The notes beneath the pieces are model-generated. The model made no database searches. It was given only the letters and a program-made list of their open reading frames with translations, and was not told where the DNA came from. A program made the position numbers and the translations under genes. A stretch of 64,000 bases of DNA from Eledone cirrhosa (taxonomy: Eukaryota): positions 26,288,001 through 26,352,000 of the forward strand of contig OZ024764.1 in the NCBI GenBank assembly GCA_964016885.1, in the 5' to 3' direction. Positions 44,961-58,576 of the stretch are shown piece after piece (within the stretch, counting starts at the first letter, position 1; each line of letters begins with the position of its first letter).

Positions 44961-45983
44961 AAAATTATATTATAATTAATGATATTCATCATCATCGTTT
45001 AACGTCCATCTTCCACGCTAGCATGGGTTAGACGGGAATTGTCCCACTTGAGGCAAGATTGGTCGGGTGACCGTGGCTCGCTCGTATGGGACTATCTGGC
45101 AGGGTTTCTACGGCTGGATATCCTTCCTAACACCAACCACATTTACAGTGTGGACTGGGAGCTTTTTACTGTGTTACCTACATGACCACATTACAGTGTC
45201 AGCTGGGTACATTTTGTCGTATGGGCTGGATATCGTGGTACCAACATGACTTTATAGAGTAAAGTGGAAGGTGTGGAGTGTATATTGGATTAAGAGGTAC
45301 CTACTGAGTGTAAGTTTAAGTCCATGTGTAAGGGAATGAGGGTCTTCTGTAATATTGCATAATGCCAAAGATCTAGATCCTGTGTCATTGTCTTCTGATA
45401 GGTTCAAGTGTGAAAGGTCAGCTTTTATCACCTCATCCCAGGTCTTTCTGGGTCTACCTACTCCGTAGCTTCCATCAGTTTTGATTGCACTGCACTCTTT
45501 TATATGGTTTTTTATTTGATTACTAGCAGAAAAACCACTCTTTGGGTGATTTTTCTGCTAGCATGTGTAGTGTCCATATTTATTTTATACACAAATATAT
45601 CTACATGTAGATATGATACCTCAAATAAAATTGTAATTGACAATATGCACTGAAATTGAAGAGAGACTGTGTTACACTGTCTTCTGTAATCAGTAAAGTA
45701 ATCCATGATATATTTAAATAAGACGATATATATAAACTGCATTACGGTGAAATGTAATGAAACCTTATATAATGATGCAAATATATGGATGTGTTACATA
45801 AGCAATGTAATAAGTGTTATGATATAACGGATGCTAACCGGAAGTGTTGACATTTGAAAATTTTAAAAGAAGTGAATCTTGAAATAAGCAATCATTATAT
45901 ATAAGAATATTTATGTTTAATCAAGAGCTACGAAATTTAGGAGATAAATTATGTAATATTCATTCATTATTATATTCAAAGTA

Positions 45984-46178
45984 AGGGCGGTGGATTGACA
46001 GTATCGGTAGAGGGTCGGACGCTATGCTTTGACGTATAGAGTTACGGCCCTTGCCATTCTGAGTTCAAATCCCGCCGAGGTTAACTTTGCCTTTCATCCT
46101 TACGGGGTTGATAAAATAAAGTACCAGTAATACACTGGGTATTTGCTGGCCTTGTGCCTAACGTAGAAAGAATTATTA
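45984..46178 (+). mobile_element. SINE-A with target-site duplication
   Basis: attattatattcaaagt on both sides. The copy at 61648-61838 has TSD attatctcattagtttg. Confidence 0.9.
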
Positions 46179-46284
46179 TATTCAAAGTCCCACCCTTGCA
46201 AGCAGGGAAAAGCGGACGTAAAATGATGATGATGATGATGATGATGAAAGTAATCTAACTTATTTTACTAATGGGATAAAAAAA

Positions 46285-46600
46285 TATATTCGGGACACAG
46301 TCCGTGGACTCTTTCGGCCTCCACCTGCTTTCCTGTCGCCTCAGTGCCGGTCGTCTTCCACGCCATGCTGCCCTCAACAAGGTCATAAAGCATGGCTTGG
46401 ACGCTGCAGGCTTCCCTTCCCAGCTCGAGCTGGTGGGGCTGGACCGAGAGGGGGGCAAAAGGTCAGATGGCATGACCATCTTCCCGTTCCACTGCACGTC
46501 GGGCTGAAGAGGCTAAACTCTTCAAATACTGGTCGTTCTCCGACAGGTTTGCAGTTGTATCTTTGGCAGTGGAGACTTCTGGTGTCCTCGGCCCTAGGGC
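46285..46600 (+). mobile_element. CRE-clade non-LTR retrotransposon fragment (restriction-like endonuclease region)
   Basis: D-FG-HLLSC...RHAALN...LE-VGL-R--GKRSDGMT-FPF matches the CCHC-RH...KRPDG pattern. Confidence 0.7.
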
Positions 46601-47278
46601 ATAGAAGAATGGTTTGTAAGAGTAGTACAAGCTATGAACAGAGAAGACATTAGTAAGGTGAGAGTAGGAAATGAGTTCAGTGAGGAAGTCAAGAGTGCAG
46701 CTGGGTGTTCATCAAGGCTCAGTTCTCAGTCCACTTCTTTCCTTCCATCATAGTTTGTGGCATTATTGATAAATCTTGCTCTCTTTGTCTCTTCTTCTCC
46801 ACTTACAACATTTTTACTCCATCTACTTTCTGTTGTCTGTCTTCTCTTATAATATTTTTTTTCTATTATTTCAGATTATCAGATGACATTGGATTCAAAG
46901 AATGTTTTCTTGAGATGTATCATCAATATTTATCATCTTTTAAAGGGTAAAAGAAGTTGATATATCATAGAGATATAATCTTATTTACATATATCTGTCT
47001 GTGGTATATTTCTTTTCACCTGAGAAAAATAGCAACATTTCTCTTTTTCACTGTCTGGAATATTTACAAGAGGATTTTACCTTGACATTAAACTGAGATT
47101 GTGACATCTTCAGAGATTGACACAGTTGATGGAAATATTACACTAGAAATATTTTTCAACATTATAGGAACATTTGAAATTAAAGACAAGAAAAGTATCC
47201 ACATATTGTTGTGAGAGGAAAAATTATGAAAAAACTAATTATCAGATAAACTTATTTCATTGATATTTTCTAGAAAAG

Positions 47279-48646
47279 ATGCCAAAAGTGATAGAAAATT
47301 TATCTTACTCCTGTGATGTCTGTGGTAAATCATACTCTTCCAGTGGTGGACTAACAAGCCACAAATGTATCCATACAGGAGAGAAGCCATATCACTGTGA
47401 TGTCTGTGGTAAATCATTTTCTGTAAGTAGTACCTTAACTGTACACAAACGTATCCATACAGGAGAGAAGCCATACCGCTGTGAAATCTGTGATAAAACA
47501 TTTTCTCGGAATGATGATTTAACTATTCACAAACGTATTCATACGGGAGAGAAACCATATCATTGTGATACCTGTGGGAAATCATTTTCTCGGAAAAGTC
47601 ATTTAACTAGTCATAAACATATCCATACAGGTGATAAACCATATCACTGTGATGTCTGTGGTAAATCATTCTCTCTAAATAGTAATTTAACTGCTCACAA
47701 ATATATTCATACAGGAGAAACAGCATATCATTGTGATATCTGTGGTAAATCATTCTCTTCCAGTACTGTATTAACAAGACACAAACGTATTCATACAGGA
47801 GAGAAGCCATATCACTGTGATGTCTGTGGTAAATCATTCTCTGTAAGTAGTACCTTAACTTCACACAAACGTATTCATACAGGAGAGAAACCATATCATT
47901 GTGAAATCTGTGATAAAACATTTTCTCGGAATGATGATTTAACTATTCACAAATATGTTCATACAGGAGAGAAACCATATCATTGTGATATCTGTGGTAA
48001 ATCATTTTCTCGGAAAAGTCATTTAATTACTCACAAACGTTTTCATACAGGAGAGAAACCATATCATTGTGATATTTGTGGTAAATCATTCTCTCTAAAT
48101 TGTAATTTAACTAGTCACAAAAATATTCATACTGGCAAAACAGCACATCACTGTGATATCTGTGGTAAATCATTCTCTGATAAAGGTAATTTAACTAAAC
48201 ACAAACGCATTCATACCGGAGAGAAACCATTTCACTGTGTATTCTGTGGTAAATCATTTTCTCAATATCAGCATTTAACTACTCACAAATATGTTCATAC
48301 AGGAGAAACACCATATCACTGTGATGTCTGTGGTAAATCATTCTCTGAAAGTAGTGTCTTAATTAAACACATACGCGTTCATACAGGAGAGAAGCCATAT
48401 CACTGTGATATTTGTGGTAAATCATTTACTCAACTGCCTCAATTAACTACTCACAAACGTATTCATACAGGAGAGAAGCCACATCATTGTGATATCTGTG
48501 GTAAAACATTTTCTCAGAGAGTGAATTTATCCACTCATAAACGTATTCATACAGGAGAGAAGCCATATCATTGTGATATCTGTGGGAAATCATTTTATGG
48601 TAAAAGTGGCTTAAATAGACACAAACGCATTCATACTAAGGAGTAG
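47279..48646 (+). CDS. C2H2 zinc-finger protein, 16 tandem Kruppel-type fingers, no effector domain
   Basis: Intact 455-aa ORF of CxxC-x12-HxxxH units with TGEKP linkers. A decayed 17th finger follows the stop. Confidence 0.95.
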   Translation: MPKVIENLSYSCDVCGKSYSSSGGLTSHKCIHTGEKPYHCDVCGKSFSVSSTLTVHKRIHTGEKPYRCEICDKTFSRNDDLTIHKRIHTGEKPYHCDTCGKSFSRKSHLTSHKHIHTGDKPYHCDVCGKSFSLNSNLTAHKYIHTGETAYHCDICGKSFSSSTVLTRHKRIHTGEKPYHCDVCGKSFSVSSTLTSHKRIHTGEKPYHCEICDKTFSRNDDLTIHKYVHTGEKPYHCDICGKSFSRKSHLITHKRFHTGEKPYHCDICGKSFSLNCNLTSHKNIHTGKTAHHCDICGKSFSDKGNLTKHKRIHTGEKPFHCVFCGKSFSQYQHLTTHKYVHTGETPYHCDVCGKSFSESSVLIKHIRVHTGEKPYHCDICGKSFTQLPQLTTHKRIHTGEKPHHCDICGKTFSQRVNLSTHKRIHTGEKPYHCDICGKSFYGKSGLNRHKRIHTKE

Positions 48647-49088
48647 CCACATCACTGATATCTGTGGTAAATCATTCTCTGAATGTAACGACTTAACTAA
48701 ACATGCATTCATAACGGAGAGTAGCTACATTACTCTATATATTCTATTATATTTTCATGATAAAGGCTCTAATATCAAATCTATGAGATTTTGATATTAT
48801 TTATTTTGAGAACAATACCTTAGCGCCAGTATGAGCAGCTGGTTACAGTCAGTTTGAACAGAAAGAGGTGAGAAAATTCTGTCTAGATACAAATATTAAG
48901 TTATATTTTCCCTTTGTGGTCGACAGTCAGGTCATTGTCCCGCCATAAAGTCAGGTGGAAGCGCATTGCTTAGTGGTTAGAGCATCGGGCTTGCAATCGA
49001 AAGGTTGTGAGTTCAATTCTCGGACCGAGTGATGTGTTGTTTCCTTGAGCAAGACACTTTATTTCACGTTACTCCAGTTTACTCAGCT

Positions 49089-49464
49089 TCTTCTTTTCGT
49101 ATCTATGTGGTTATATGAGTTTCCCATTTCTACACACAGTCCTTTGCATTATTATTAAGTTCTGCGAGATCTTTTAAGCTGCACTGGTTGGGTAGTAGAG
49201 GGCAAACGAGGCAGGGCTGCATCGGGCGGTCCTCCTCTCCCCATTCACAGATGGTTAGGCCGGTCTTGTAGCTCCATCTGGTCATAGCAGCTTCTGATCG
49301 CCCCATTCCTGATCCCAGGCGGTTGAGTGTCTTCCACTGGACCCATGGTGCTTCTGAGCCAGGAGGGAGGGCTTCAGAAGGGGGGGGGGATTCCCATGTC
49401 AATAGGAGGGGAGTCATTCTCTGGCTTTCTAGTCCATAGCTGTAGTCTGGTTTCTTCCTGAGAT
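49089..49464 (-). mobile_element. Non-LTR retrotransposon 3' fragment inserted into a SINE-B
   Basis: WKTLNRL-SG-GRS...C-.GEE--MQ-CLVCP knuckle. 12-bp TSD gtttactcagct at 49077 and 49465. Confidence 0.8.
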
Positions 49465-50980
49465 GTTTACTCAGCTGTAGAAATGAGATAATAGGACTGG
49501 GGTCCCTATCATTAAATTACCCAAGACACCTCCAACGAGATATACCTTGTAGGAGGCCAGCTAACCCTGCATAGGTGTGAGCTGTAACAACATAAAATCG
49601 GGTGGCAGGGAAACTCATCCATAGGATTCTGGTTTACAGCTGCTGACATCTGCTGGACACCAAAATAGCAGTAAACTACAACCATTTTGACTGTATTGAA
49701 CTTTGTGATAATGTCATGTTGCCGGCTAGGGTGGGAGACTGGGGCGTGAGAGAGACCTGCCTAGGTCAACTTTGAATTGGGTGGTAGTTAGATCATCAAC
49801 TGCCTCCACGTTTGTGCCTCATCAAAGCTGTGAAGGTAAACTAAAGCTCACAAGGGAGCTGACAATGCCAACAAAAACAGACATTTTTTTTTTTTTTTTT
49901 CCGTTCCCTTCCATCTTGTCTGGATTGTCTCAGAAACGTAACCTTTTTACATAATGTTTCTACTTTCGGCACAAGGCCAACAATTACCCCAGTACATTAC
50001 TGGTACTTTAATTTATCGACCCCGCAAGGATGAAAGGCAAAGCTAACTTTGGCGGGATTTGAACTCAGAACGTAAAGAGCCGTAACTTTGCTGCAAAGCA
50101 TGGTGTCTGATGAGTTCACGTGACTGGTTACATAAAATCGTCATTGAAATGTGTATCACAGCCTTATCAATAAAGGACTTTTTAACATCACCAAACTGCG
50201 TGTTCCTCATTCTAACCTTTAGCATGCTAGAAATTTTAATGAATTTCTTCCCTTGACACTGAATTTTGTCTTAAGGGGAGTTTACTCTATTGACGGCATA
50301 GTGTACCTGTGGCGCCCAGAAGGCTAAATATACTTAATCATTCTTATTTGGAAGAAGTAACAAGACATTGAGTGCTTGAATTGAACTGCATCAATGCTTA
50401 CTGGAGGCACATGGCTTAGTGGTTAGAGCATTGGCCTTGCAATCGAAAGGTTGTGAGTTCAATTCTCAGACCGGGTGATGTGTTGTTTCCTTGAGCAAGA
50501 CACTTTATTTCACATAGCTCCAGTTTACTCAGCTGTAGAAATGAGATGATAGGACTGGGGTCCCTATCATTCCACTGCAAAGTGGTCGTGGAGGTGTCAC
50601 GGCAAAAAAGCCCCCAGCACTCACTGTAAATGAGGTTGATGTTAGGAAGGGCATCCAGCTGTAGAAATCAAGCCAGAATCAGTTCCCGTCCCACCCTTGC
50701 AAGCAGGGAAAAAGCGGACGTAAAATGAAATGATGAAAATGAGGATGAAGTATCAAATGGGGTATTTTTCTATAATACCCTCCCAAAAATCAAACATAAA
50801 TCCCCCCAAAAGGGGACTATCTGTGAGGGTCACTCGTGGAGAAAACCCCACACTGGGTTCACATTACGAAAACATTAAAGACGATAGCAGATAGATTACA
50901 AAATTAGATAAATTTTTGGTGATTGTGAGGCGACGGCCAGTCGTGAGTTGATAACAAAATGACAGATCATTCCACCACTT

Positions 50981-51056
50981 CTCTCTCTCTCTACATATAT
51001 CTTTCCCCCTTATTCTGTATCTCTAAATGCCCCCCCCCCCCCTCATGTATCCACTC

Positions 51057-51125
<69 letters not shown>

Positions 51126-53278
51126 GTGACGAAGCATAAGTCAATTGCATGAACTCAATACTTTATTTACTGCTATATATATTTCGATGATAGCCATTGA
51201 ATGGCTATGACCTCATCAGGCAGTTAGTCAGTTCTTAGATATACCAGCTCTGTGTTTATGGTGTTGATGGTATCATATATCCCAAGGCTCTGATACCATC
51301 AACACCCTAAACACAGAGCTGGCATATCTAAGAACTGACTAACTACCTGATGAGGTCATAGCCATTCAATGGCTATCATCGAAATATATCATCATCATCA
51401 TCACCGTTTTACGTCCGTTCTTCCACGCTAGCATGGGTTAGATGGGTTGTCCTGTTGTGGGCAGTGTCTGGTCGGCTGACCATGCCTTGCTCATACAGGA
51501 ACTGATCTGGCTTGATTTCTACAGCTGGATGCCCTTCCTAACACCAACCTCATTTACAGTGAGTGCTGGGTGCTTTTTCGTGGCGCCTACACGTCCACTT
51601 TACAGTGTGGGCTGGGTGCTTTTTTGCCGTGGCACCTCCACGACCACCTTGCGGTGGGGGGAGTGGGGGCATATTGTTTATATGCTTCAGCATGTACCCA
51701 TGGGAGGTCGGGTACCCTGTATTACTGCGTGACGCCAGAAGTCACGGTCGTGTGTCATTGACTTTTGAGAGGTGTAGTTGGGTAAGGTCGGCTTTTATCA
51801 CCTCATCCCAAGTCATCTTGGGTCTCCCCACTCCGCGGTTTCCATCAACTTCTAGTGCTCTGCACCTTTTTATGCAGCTGTCATCCTTCATACGCATCAC
51901 ATGTCCATACCAGCGTAACCGCCTCTCCTGCACGCAGCATTTGATTCCTCTTATGCTCAGTCTCTCTCTCAATTCCTTTATGCTTTGTCGTTCACGTATA
52001 TTACTGTTACACATCCATCGGAGCATGCAGGCTTCGTTTCTCTCTAATCTACGTAAGTCTTCCACCTTCAGCGCCCAGGTCTCACTACCATGCAACATCG
52101 CTGTTCGGATACACGCATCATACAATCTGCCTTTCATTCTGAGGGAGAAGCCTTTTGCAGCTAGCAGTGGTAGTAGTTCCCTAAACTTCTTCCATCCCGT
52201 TCTTACCCTAGTTATTGTACTTTCTGAGCACCCACCTCCGTTGCTAATTCGGTCACCTAGGTAGCAGAAGCTGTCTACTGTTTCTACAGGGCCCTCCCAG
52301 AGATTGGTGGTACTTGTTTCCTGTGGCTGTTTGCTTGCTGTTTCAGCACAGCTGCTGCATGTGAATCCTACATTCTTAATTAAGCTTCCTGAGATCCCGC
52401 TACATCTCTTGTGTACCCATTGTTTGCATTTGGGGCAGAGAATGGAGTTCCTACCTACACCTTTCCTACATACTGAGCAAGGCCATTTCCCTGAGGGGAT
52501 CTGGGTTCTGTTTTCTCGTCTACTTATAAGGACCTTAGTCTTTGTCATGTTGACTTTGAGGCCCTTTCTCTCTAGTCCCTGCTTCCAGGTTTGGAATTTA
52601 TTCTCTAGTTCTACCATAGATTCAGCTATGAGTGCGAGGTCATCAGCATACAGGAGTTCCCATGGGCATCCGGTCTTAAACTCCTCCGTTATTGCCTGCA
52701 GGACTATGATGAACAGGAGAGGGCTAAGAACAGAGCCCTGGTGGACCCCAACCTGTACGCTAAATTCCTCGCTATACTCATTGCCAATCCTAACTTTGCT
52801 GACTGCTCCCCTATACATGGCTTGTACCGCTTTCACAAGCCATTCATCTACTCCTAGTTTTCTAAGAGCCCACCAGATTACTGCACGTGGAACTCTGTCA
52901 AAGGCTTTCTCAAGGTCGACAAATGCCAAGTAGAGTGGCTTACTTTTAGCTAGGTACTTTTCCTGTAATTGCCTCACAAGGAAGAGGGCATCAGTGGTGC
53001 CTTTCCCTGGTACAAACCCAAATTGCATCTCGTCTATATTCACCCGGTCCCTAATCAGCTGTGCTATAACTCTTTCTGTTACTTTCATGACCTGGTCCAT
53101 CAACTTTATACCTCTATAGTTTCCTCTATCTAGTGCATCGCCTTTACCTTTGTAGCAGTTGACAATGATGCTACTGCACCAATCTTTTGGTATGGCCCCC
53201 TCTAGTATTACCTGGTTAACGATATATAGCAGTAAATAAAGTATTATGAGTTCATGCAATTGACTTATGCTTCGTCAC

Positions 53279-53317
<39 letters not shown>

Positions 53318-53389
53318 CTGAGTGGATACATGAGGGGGGGGGGACATTTAGAGATACAGAATAAGGGGGAAAGATGTAGAGAGAGAGAG
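50981..53389. mobile_element. Large fold-back hammerhead element (~295-bp arms) split by an RTE insertion
   Basis: 50981-51275 is the reverse complement of 51291-51389 joined to 53222-53389. Intact minus-strand core actgc-CTGATGA-ggtcatagccattcaatggctatcatc-GAAA-tatatata-gcagt at 51169-51224. Confidence 0.82.
51390..53221 (-). mobile_element. 5'-truncated RTE-clade LINE, reverse transcriptase largely open
   Basis: ORF 51742-53259 with KGKGD, NYRGIKL, QFGF, FVDLEKAFDRV, GVHQGSVLSPLLF, YADD, FCYLG and RRLRWYGHV; (GAT)n tail. Confidence 0.95.
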
Positions 53390-53774
53390 GGGTAGATATA
53401 TATATATAGAGAGAGGAGGACTCTAAAAGTATAGAGAGATAGATATACATTGAGAGAGGGGGAGTCTAACAAAATATCAGAGAGAGTGGGGTAGTTAGAA
53501 ATATAGATATAAAGAGAGGGGATGAGGTAGGGGTGGTGTTTAAAGTAGGTGGCACCTCCGATGTATAAAAACAACCATTTATTTCATAATCAGTCATAAA
53601 ATTATGCAATACTGTGAAGACCAGAATAGAGGAATAGAAGAATCTATTTGACAAACATAAAATTGTACGACTCTTTGAAGAGCAGAAGGAATAGGGAATT
53701 CTACTTTACAGACACTTTATAAGCTTCTGCAATACCTTGAAAACATACAAGATAAAAGGAAGAAAGAAAGAAAG

Positions 53775-53848
53775 ATGGATATGTCTTGTTTAGGAGAATA
53801 TACCACAACTTTGGTACTTGGAGCTGTTTGTATTTTATGTGTCTATCT
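53775..53848 (+). CDS. CYP3A-like: Cytochrome P450 clan 3, exon 1 (MDMSCLGEYTTTLVLGAVCILCVYL), signal anchor
   Basis: ATG, hydrophobic anchor and CT|gtaagt phase-2 donor at the same position as in CYP3A genes. Confidence 0.8.
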
Positions 53849-54326
53849 GTAAGTACTGGATTGATTTAAAATCAAATTTGCTGTGTTACATTCATTATCA
53901 TCATTTTACGTCCGCTTTTGTGGTTAGAGCATTGGCCTTGCAATCGAAAGGTTGTGAGTTCAATTCTCAGACCGGGTGATGTGTTGTTTCCTTGAGCAAG
54001 ACACTTTATTTCACGTTGCTCCAGTTTACTCAGCTGTAGAAATGAGATGATAGGGACTGGGGTCCCTATCATTCCACTGTAAAGTGGTCGTGGAGGTGCC
54101 ACGGCAAAAAAGCACCCAGCACTCACTGTAAATGAGGTTGGTGTTTTTCTCTCTCTCTCCGTTTTTTCTCCACGCTTTTCTCTCTCTCTCCGTCTTTTGT
54201 AATTGTCCTTAACACTAAGACTTACTAAAATAATATAAACAAACCACTATCCTGATGTCCTCCAAAAGTAATGGTCGTATTTTGAAAGGGTACGTCAATG
54301 CTTATTTGTAAAACTGATATATATTG

Positions 54327-54390
54327 TATTTTGTCTGATGAAGGCACACCATAATTTAACTTGGTATCCTTGAAATATGTATAATGAAAT
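54327..54390 (+). ncRNA. Minimal hammerhead motif (family H1)
   Basis: attttgt-CTGATGA-agg...cctt-GAAA-tatgtata-atgaaat, followed by the same 3' end as the 3367 and 17080 copies. Confidence 0.65.
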
Positions 54391-54430
54391 AAATATGGTT
54401 TTATAAATATAGTTTCCATTTATTAATATC

Positions 54431-54471
<41 letters not shown>

Positions 54472-56516
54472 ATATGCCCCACCCCCTCCCACTACAAAGT
54501 GGTCATGTAGGTGCCACGGTAAAAAAGCAGTATCATCTCATTTCTACAGCTGAGTAAATTGGAGCAATGTGAAATAAAGTGTCTTGCTCAAGGAAACAAC
54601 ACATATCCCGGTCTGAGAATTGAACTCACAACCTTTCGATTGCAAGCCCAATGCTCTAACCACTAAGCCATGCGCCTTCACATATAGTGGTTATGCAACA
54701 TTAAAACTTTAAAGAATGTTTCCAGTCCAGCTTCTGATGTTTTTAAATTAATCTATCTATATACAGATGGAGGCACATGGCTTAGTGGTTAGAGCATTGG
54801 CCTTGCTATCGAAAGGTTGTGAGTTCAATTCTCAGACTGGGTGATGTGTTGTTTCTTTGAGCAAGACACTTTATTTCACATTGCTCCAGTTTACTCAGCT
54901 GGAGAAATGAGATGATAGGGACTGGGGTCCCTATCATTCCACTGCAAAGAGGTCGTGGAGGTGCCACGGCAAAAAAGCACCCAGCACTCACTGTAAATGA
55001 GGTTGGTGTTAGGAAGGGCATCCAGCTGTAGAAATCGAGCCAGAATCAGTTCCCGTCCCACCCTTGCAAGCAGGGAAAAGCGGACGTAAAATGATGATGA
55101 TGATGTTTGTGTGAATCCTGGGTTCAATCAGGCGTAACCGCAGTAAGTAAGGTACTCAATACATTAATAGACTACAGTTGGATTTCCTAATGATTTTTTT
55201 TTAATGAAACAGTTCTAGTCTTGTAGAAGCCATTTCTATATATTAAAGAATGTTTCCAGTCCAGCTTCTGTTGTTTTTTAAATGAGTAAAATATACTTGG
55301 TGAGGCAATAAAGTCTTTAGAATAACTCTTTAAATAAAATGCACAACATATTGAAACTAAAATTTATATATTCTGCAACACACAATCTCCACAGAATACA
55401 ATAACATCTTTACAGTCCTTATGCAAAGCATTTAACTCTTTCTGGAACCGTTCCTCCGGCATTTGTCGACACCACTGCAATAATTCATCTACCACCTCTT
55501 CTAATGAATCATCATCATCATCATCATCATCATCATTTTACGTCCGCTCTTCCCTGCTTGCAAGGGTGGGACGGGACTTATTCAGCACATGAAGTGAAAA
55601 CAAATTTGCAAAGATGTTGCTTTAATAACTTGAACACCCAACGATTGAAGAAATTTAAGTGAGGACTCTAGGGTGATTGTTTGATCATTGCCACTCTTCT
55701 CCACTGGAAAATATCTTTTGTGGATTGAGCAGTTTGATGCAGAGCAATTTATTTATGTCCTCAGCTGGGCTTTTTAGTTTTAGCATGCTTAGAAGTTTTG
55801 AATTTAATACCTGTATGGAGGCACATGGCTTAGTGGTTAGAGCATTGGCCTTGCAATCGAAAGGTTGTGAGTTCAATTCTCAGACCGGGTGATGTGTTGT
55901 TTCCTTGAGCAAGACACTTTATTTCACATTGCTCCAGTTTACTCAGCTGTAGAAATGAGATGATAGGGACTGGGGTCCCTATCATTCCACTGCAAAGTGG
56001 TCGTGGAGGTGCCACGGCAAAAAAGCACCCAGCACTCACTGTAAATGAGGTTGGTGTTAGGAAGGGCATCCAGCTGTAGAAATCAAGCCAGAACCAGTTC
56101 CCGTCCCACCCTTGCAAGCAGGGAAAAGTGGACGTAAAATGAAATGATGATGATGATGATAACCTTTTGATTCCAATTACTTGCGCCAAGCTAACTTTGA
56201 TATGTAAAATTAGGGAGTTTGCTGTGTATTCCTAGGTCTAAATGCAACCCTTCGTATATGGTGTATTTTTGATTGTAGGCAACTTAACATTTGATGAGCA
56301 AATGAGGTTTGGATTTTTGCCCATTTCTCAGATATAGAATAATAGAGTGGAGGGGGGGGGGTACTTATATTCAAATATATACAGTATTAAGGTTCAAACT
56401 GATTAATGTTATCAGTGACCTAGCCGAGATTTGAGATCTAATTCACTTTTATCAACATATACATATATCTAAAAATAAAAAGAGGAATTTTTGTGTGTGT
56501 ACATCATCATCATCGT

Positions 56517-56941
56517 TTAACCCTTAAGCATTTGCATTACTCCATATTTAATATTGTATTTTTGTGGTAAAGGCTTTATCTTAATTATCTCACATAATAT
56601 CGAACCTATGAGATTTTGATATTATTTATTTTGAGAAGGGCGGTGAATTGGCAGTATCGGTAGAGGGTTGGATGCCATGCTTTGATGCATAGAGTTACGG
56701 CCCTTGCCATTCTGAGTTCAAATCCCGCCGAGGTTAACTTTGCCTTTCATCCTTACGGGGTCGATAAAATAAAGTACCAGTAATGCACTGGGTAATTGCT
56801 GGCCTTGTGCCAAAAGTAGAAACAATTATTTATTTTGAGAACAATACTTTAACATAAGTATAAGAAGCCGGTTATGGCTGGTTTGAACAGAAAGAGGTGA
56901 GAGAATTCTGGCCGGATACGGTCCGTTTAAATGCTAAAGGG
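56517..56941. mobile_element. Nested insertion: SINE-A (56638-56830, TSD attatttattttgagaa) inside a TTAA MITE inside an RTE tail
   Basis: TSDs and the interrupted catcgtttaa|...|tccatcttccacgc. Confidence 0.8.
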
Positions 56942-57182
56942 TCCATCTTCCACGCTAGCATGGGTTGGACAGTTTTGTCCCACTTGAAGTGAGATTGGTC
57001 GGGAGATCGTGCGTTGCTCGTACAGACTGTCTCTGGCAGGTTTTCTACAGTTGGATGCCCTTCCTAACACCAACCACATTTGCAGTCGCTAAAATAAAGC
57101 ACCAGTAATGTACTGGGGTAATTGCTGGCCTTGTGTCAAAAGTAGAAACGATCATTATTTATTTTTATTTATTATTTTTTAG

Positions 57183-57279
57183 ATTTGGACGAAGGACATT
57201 TTCATGTTTCAAAGATCTCGGAATTCCTGGTCCCAAGCCTATTTCCCATTTAGGGAACTTAAGGCAAATGAGCAAGAAG
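57183..57279 (+). CDS. CYP3A-like: CYP exon 2 (FGRRTFSCFKDLGIPGPKPISHLGNLRQMSKK)
   Basis: tttttag acceptor and gtaaat donor. FK-LGIPGP-P---LGN proline hinge of CYP3. Confidence 0.92.
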
Positions 57280-58279
57280 GTAAATTTATCTTAAACTCTT
57301 ATACTTTGATAGGGTCATGTTGCCAATACAAAACACATGCACCAGTTAATTTTCACTTCAGTTTTAATATTAGTTTGGTAAATGGATGTGGTGCATTGGC
57401 AGCAGAGGTCAGTAGAGCATCAGACAGATGGTTTGCAGTATTTGTCCTGGTTCTTTACTTTCTGAGTTCAAATCCTACTGAGGTTAACTTAATCTTTCAT
57501 CCTTACGGGGTCTCTAAAATATAGTACTAGTAATGCACTGGGGTCCATTTAAGTGACTTTCCCTCCCCTAAAATTGTTGGCCTTGTACCTAAATAAGAAA
57601 CCATTGCTTTTCATCCTTACAGGGTCTCTAAAATATAGTACCAGTAATGCACTGGGATAATTGCTGGCCTTGTACCAAAAGTAGAAACCATTATTTATAG
57701 CGAGGGTGGTGGATTGGCAGTAATCAGTAGAGCATCGAACAGCATCCTTTGCAGCATATAGTTTCGTCCCTTTACTTTCTGAGTTCAAATTCCACAGAGG
57801 TTAGTTTAATCTTAATCTTTTATCCTTCCAAGGTTGATAAAATAAAGTACCAGTAACACAATGGGGTCGATTTAATCAACTTTCCCCTTCCCCCAGAATT
57901 GTTGCCATTGAACCTAAATCAGAAACCATTATTTACAGCAAGTGACTATGTTTACAGTTATTTTCTGTGTTTGAGATTCCTACATCTTCAATGAATTCCT
58001 ATGAACTTTATTTACTGCAGAAAACATTACAATCAGATTCATTGATATCATTTCAAAAAGAATAATTGCCATAATTAAAATAACAGATTCTTTTAGAAAT
58101 AGAAGCTTTCGCCATATTTTTTTACTCATCTTTTTCCATTTTTAGAGGGTTCTAAACCCCACTATCTGGCTAGAATTTCTTTAGTAAAAAAAATATGGCA
58201 AAAGCTTCTATTTTTAATCTCAAATTTGCTCTCAGTTTCAAACATACTTAACAGATTCTTTATATTTTTAATGTTTCAG

Positions 58280-58332
58280 GGTTTTTGTAATGTGTTCAAA
58301 CTTTGGAGAGAAGAGTATGGCGATGTTTATGG
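58280..58332 (+). CDS. CYP3A-like: CYP exon 3 (GFCNVFKLWREEYGDVYG)
   Basis: ttcag/gtaag, 53 bp, YG-V-G motif. Confidence 0.92.
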
Positions 58333-58576
58333 GTAAGAATGATTGATTTATTCACATCTTAGACAATTGTGATGGGTGTAATAGACTAAATATACTAACT
58401 ATAGAGCTGGGTGGAGAGATGAGTTGTGAGGTTCAGAGCATTGCCCTTCTTCAACTTAGAGGAGACGGAATTTCATATAATAGGGGTGTATATGTGATGG
58501 CATGTGACCTAGTGGTAACGGTGTTGGACTTAGTATGATAATGTTGTGGGTTTGATTCTTTGACTTTGTTGTGTGA

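Noticed and set aside
53222-53259. N-terminus MHELIILYLLLYI of the 505-aa RT ORF
   Set aside because: It comes from the flanking fold-back arm, not from the 5'-truncated LINE; not a real start.
58096-58213. ~32-bp inverted repeat as another hammerhead element
   Set aside because: No CUGANGA/GAAA core, no tail and no TA flank; probably an old MITE.
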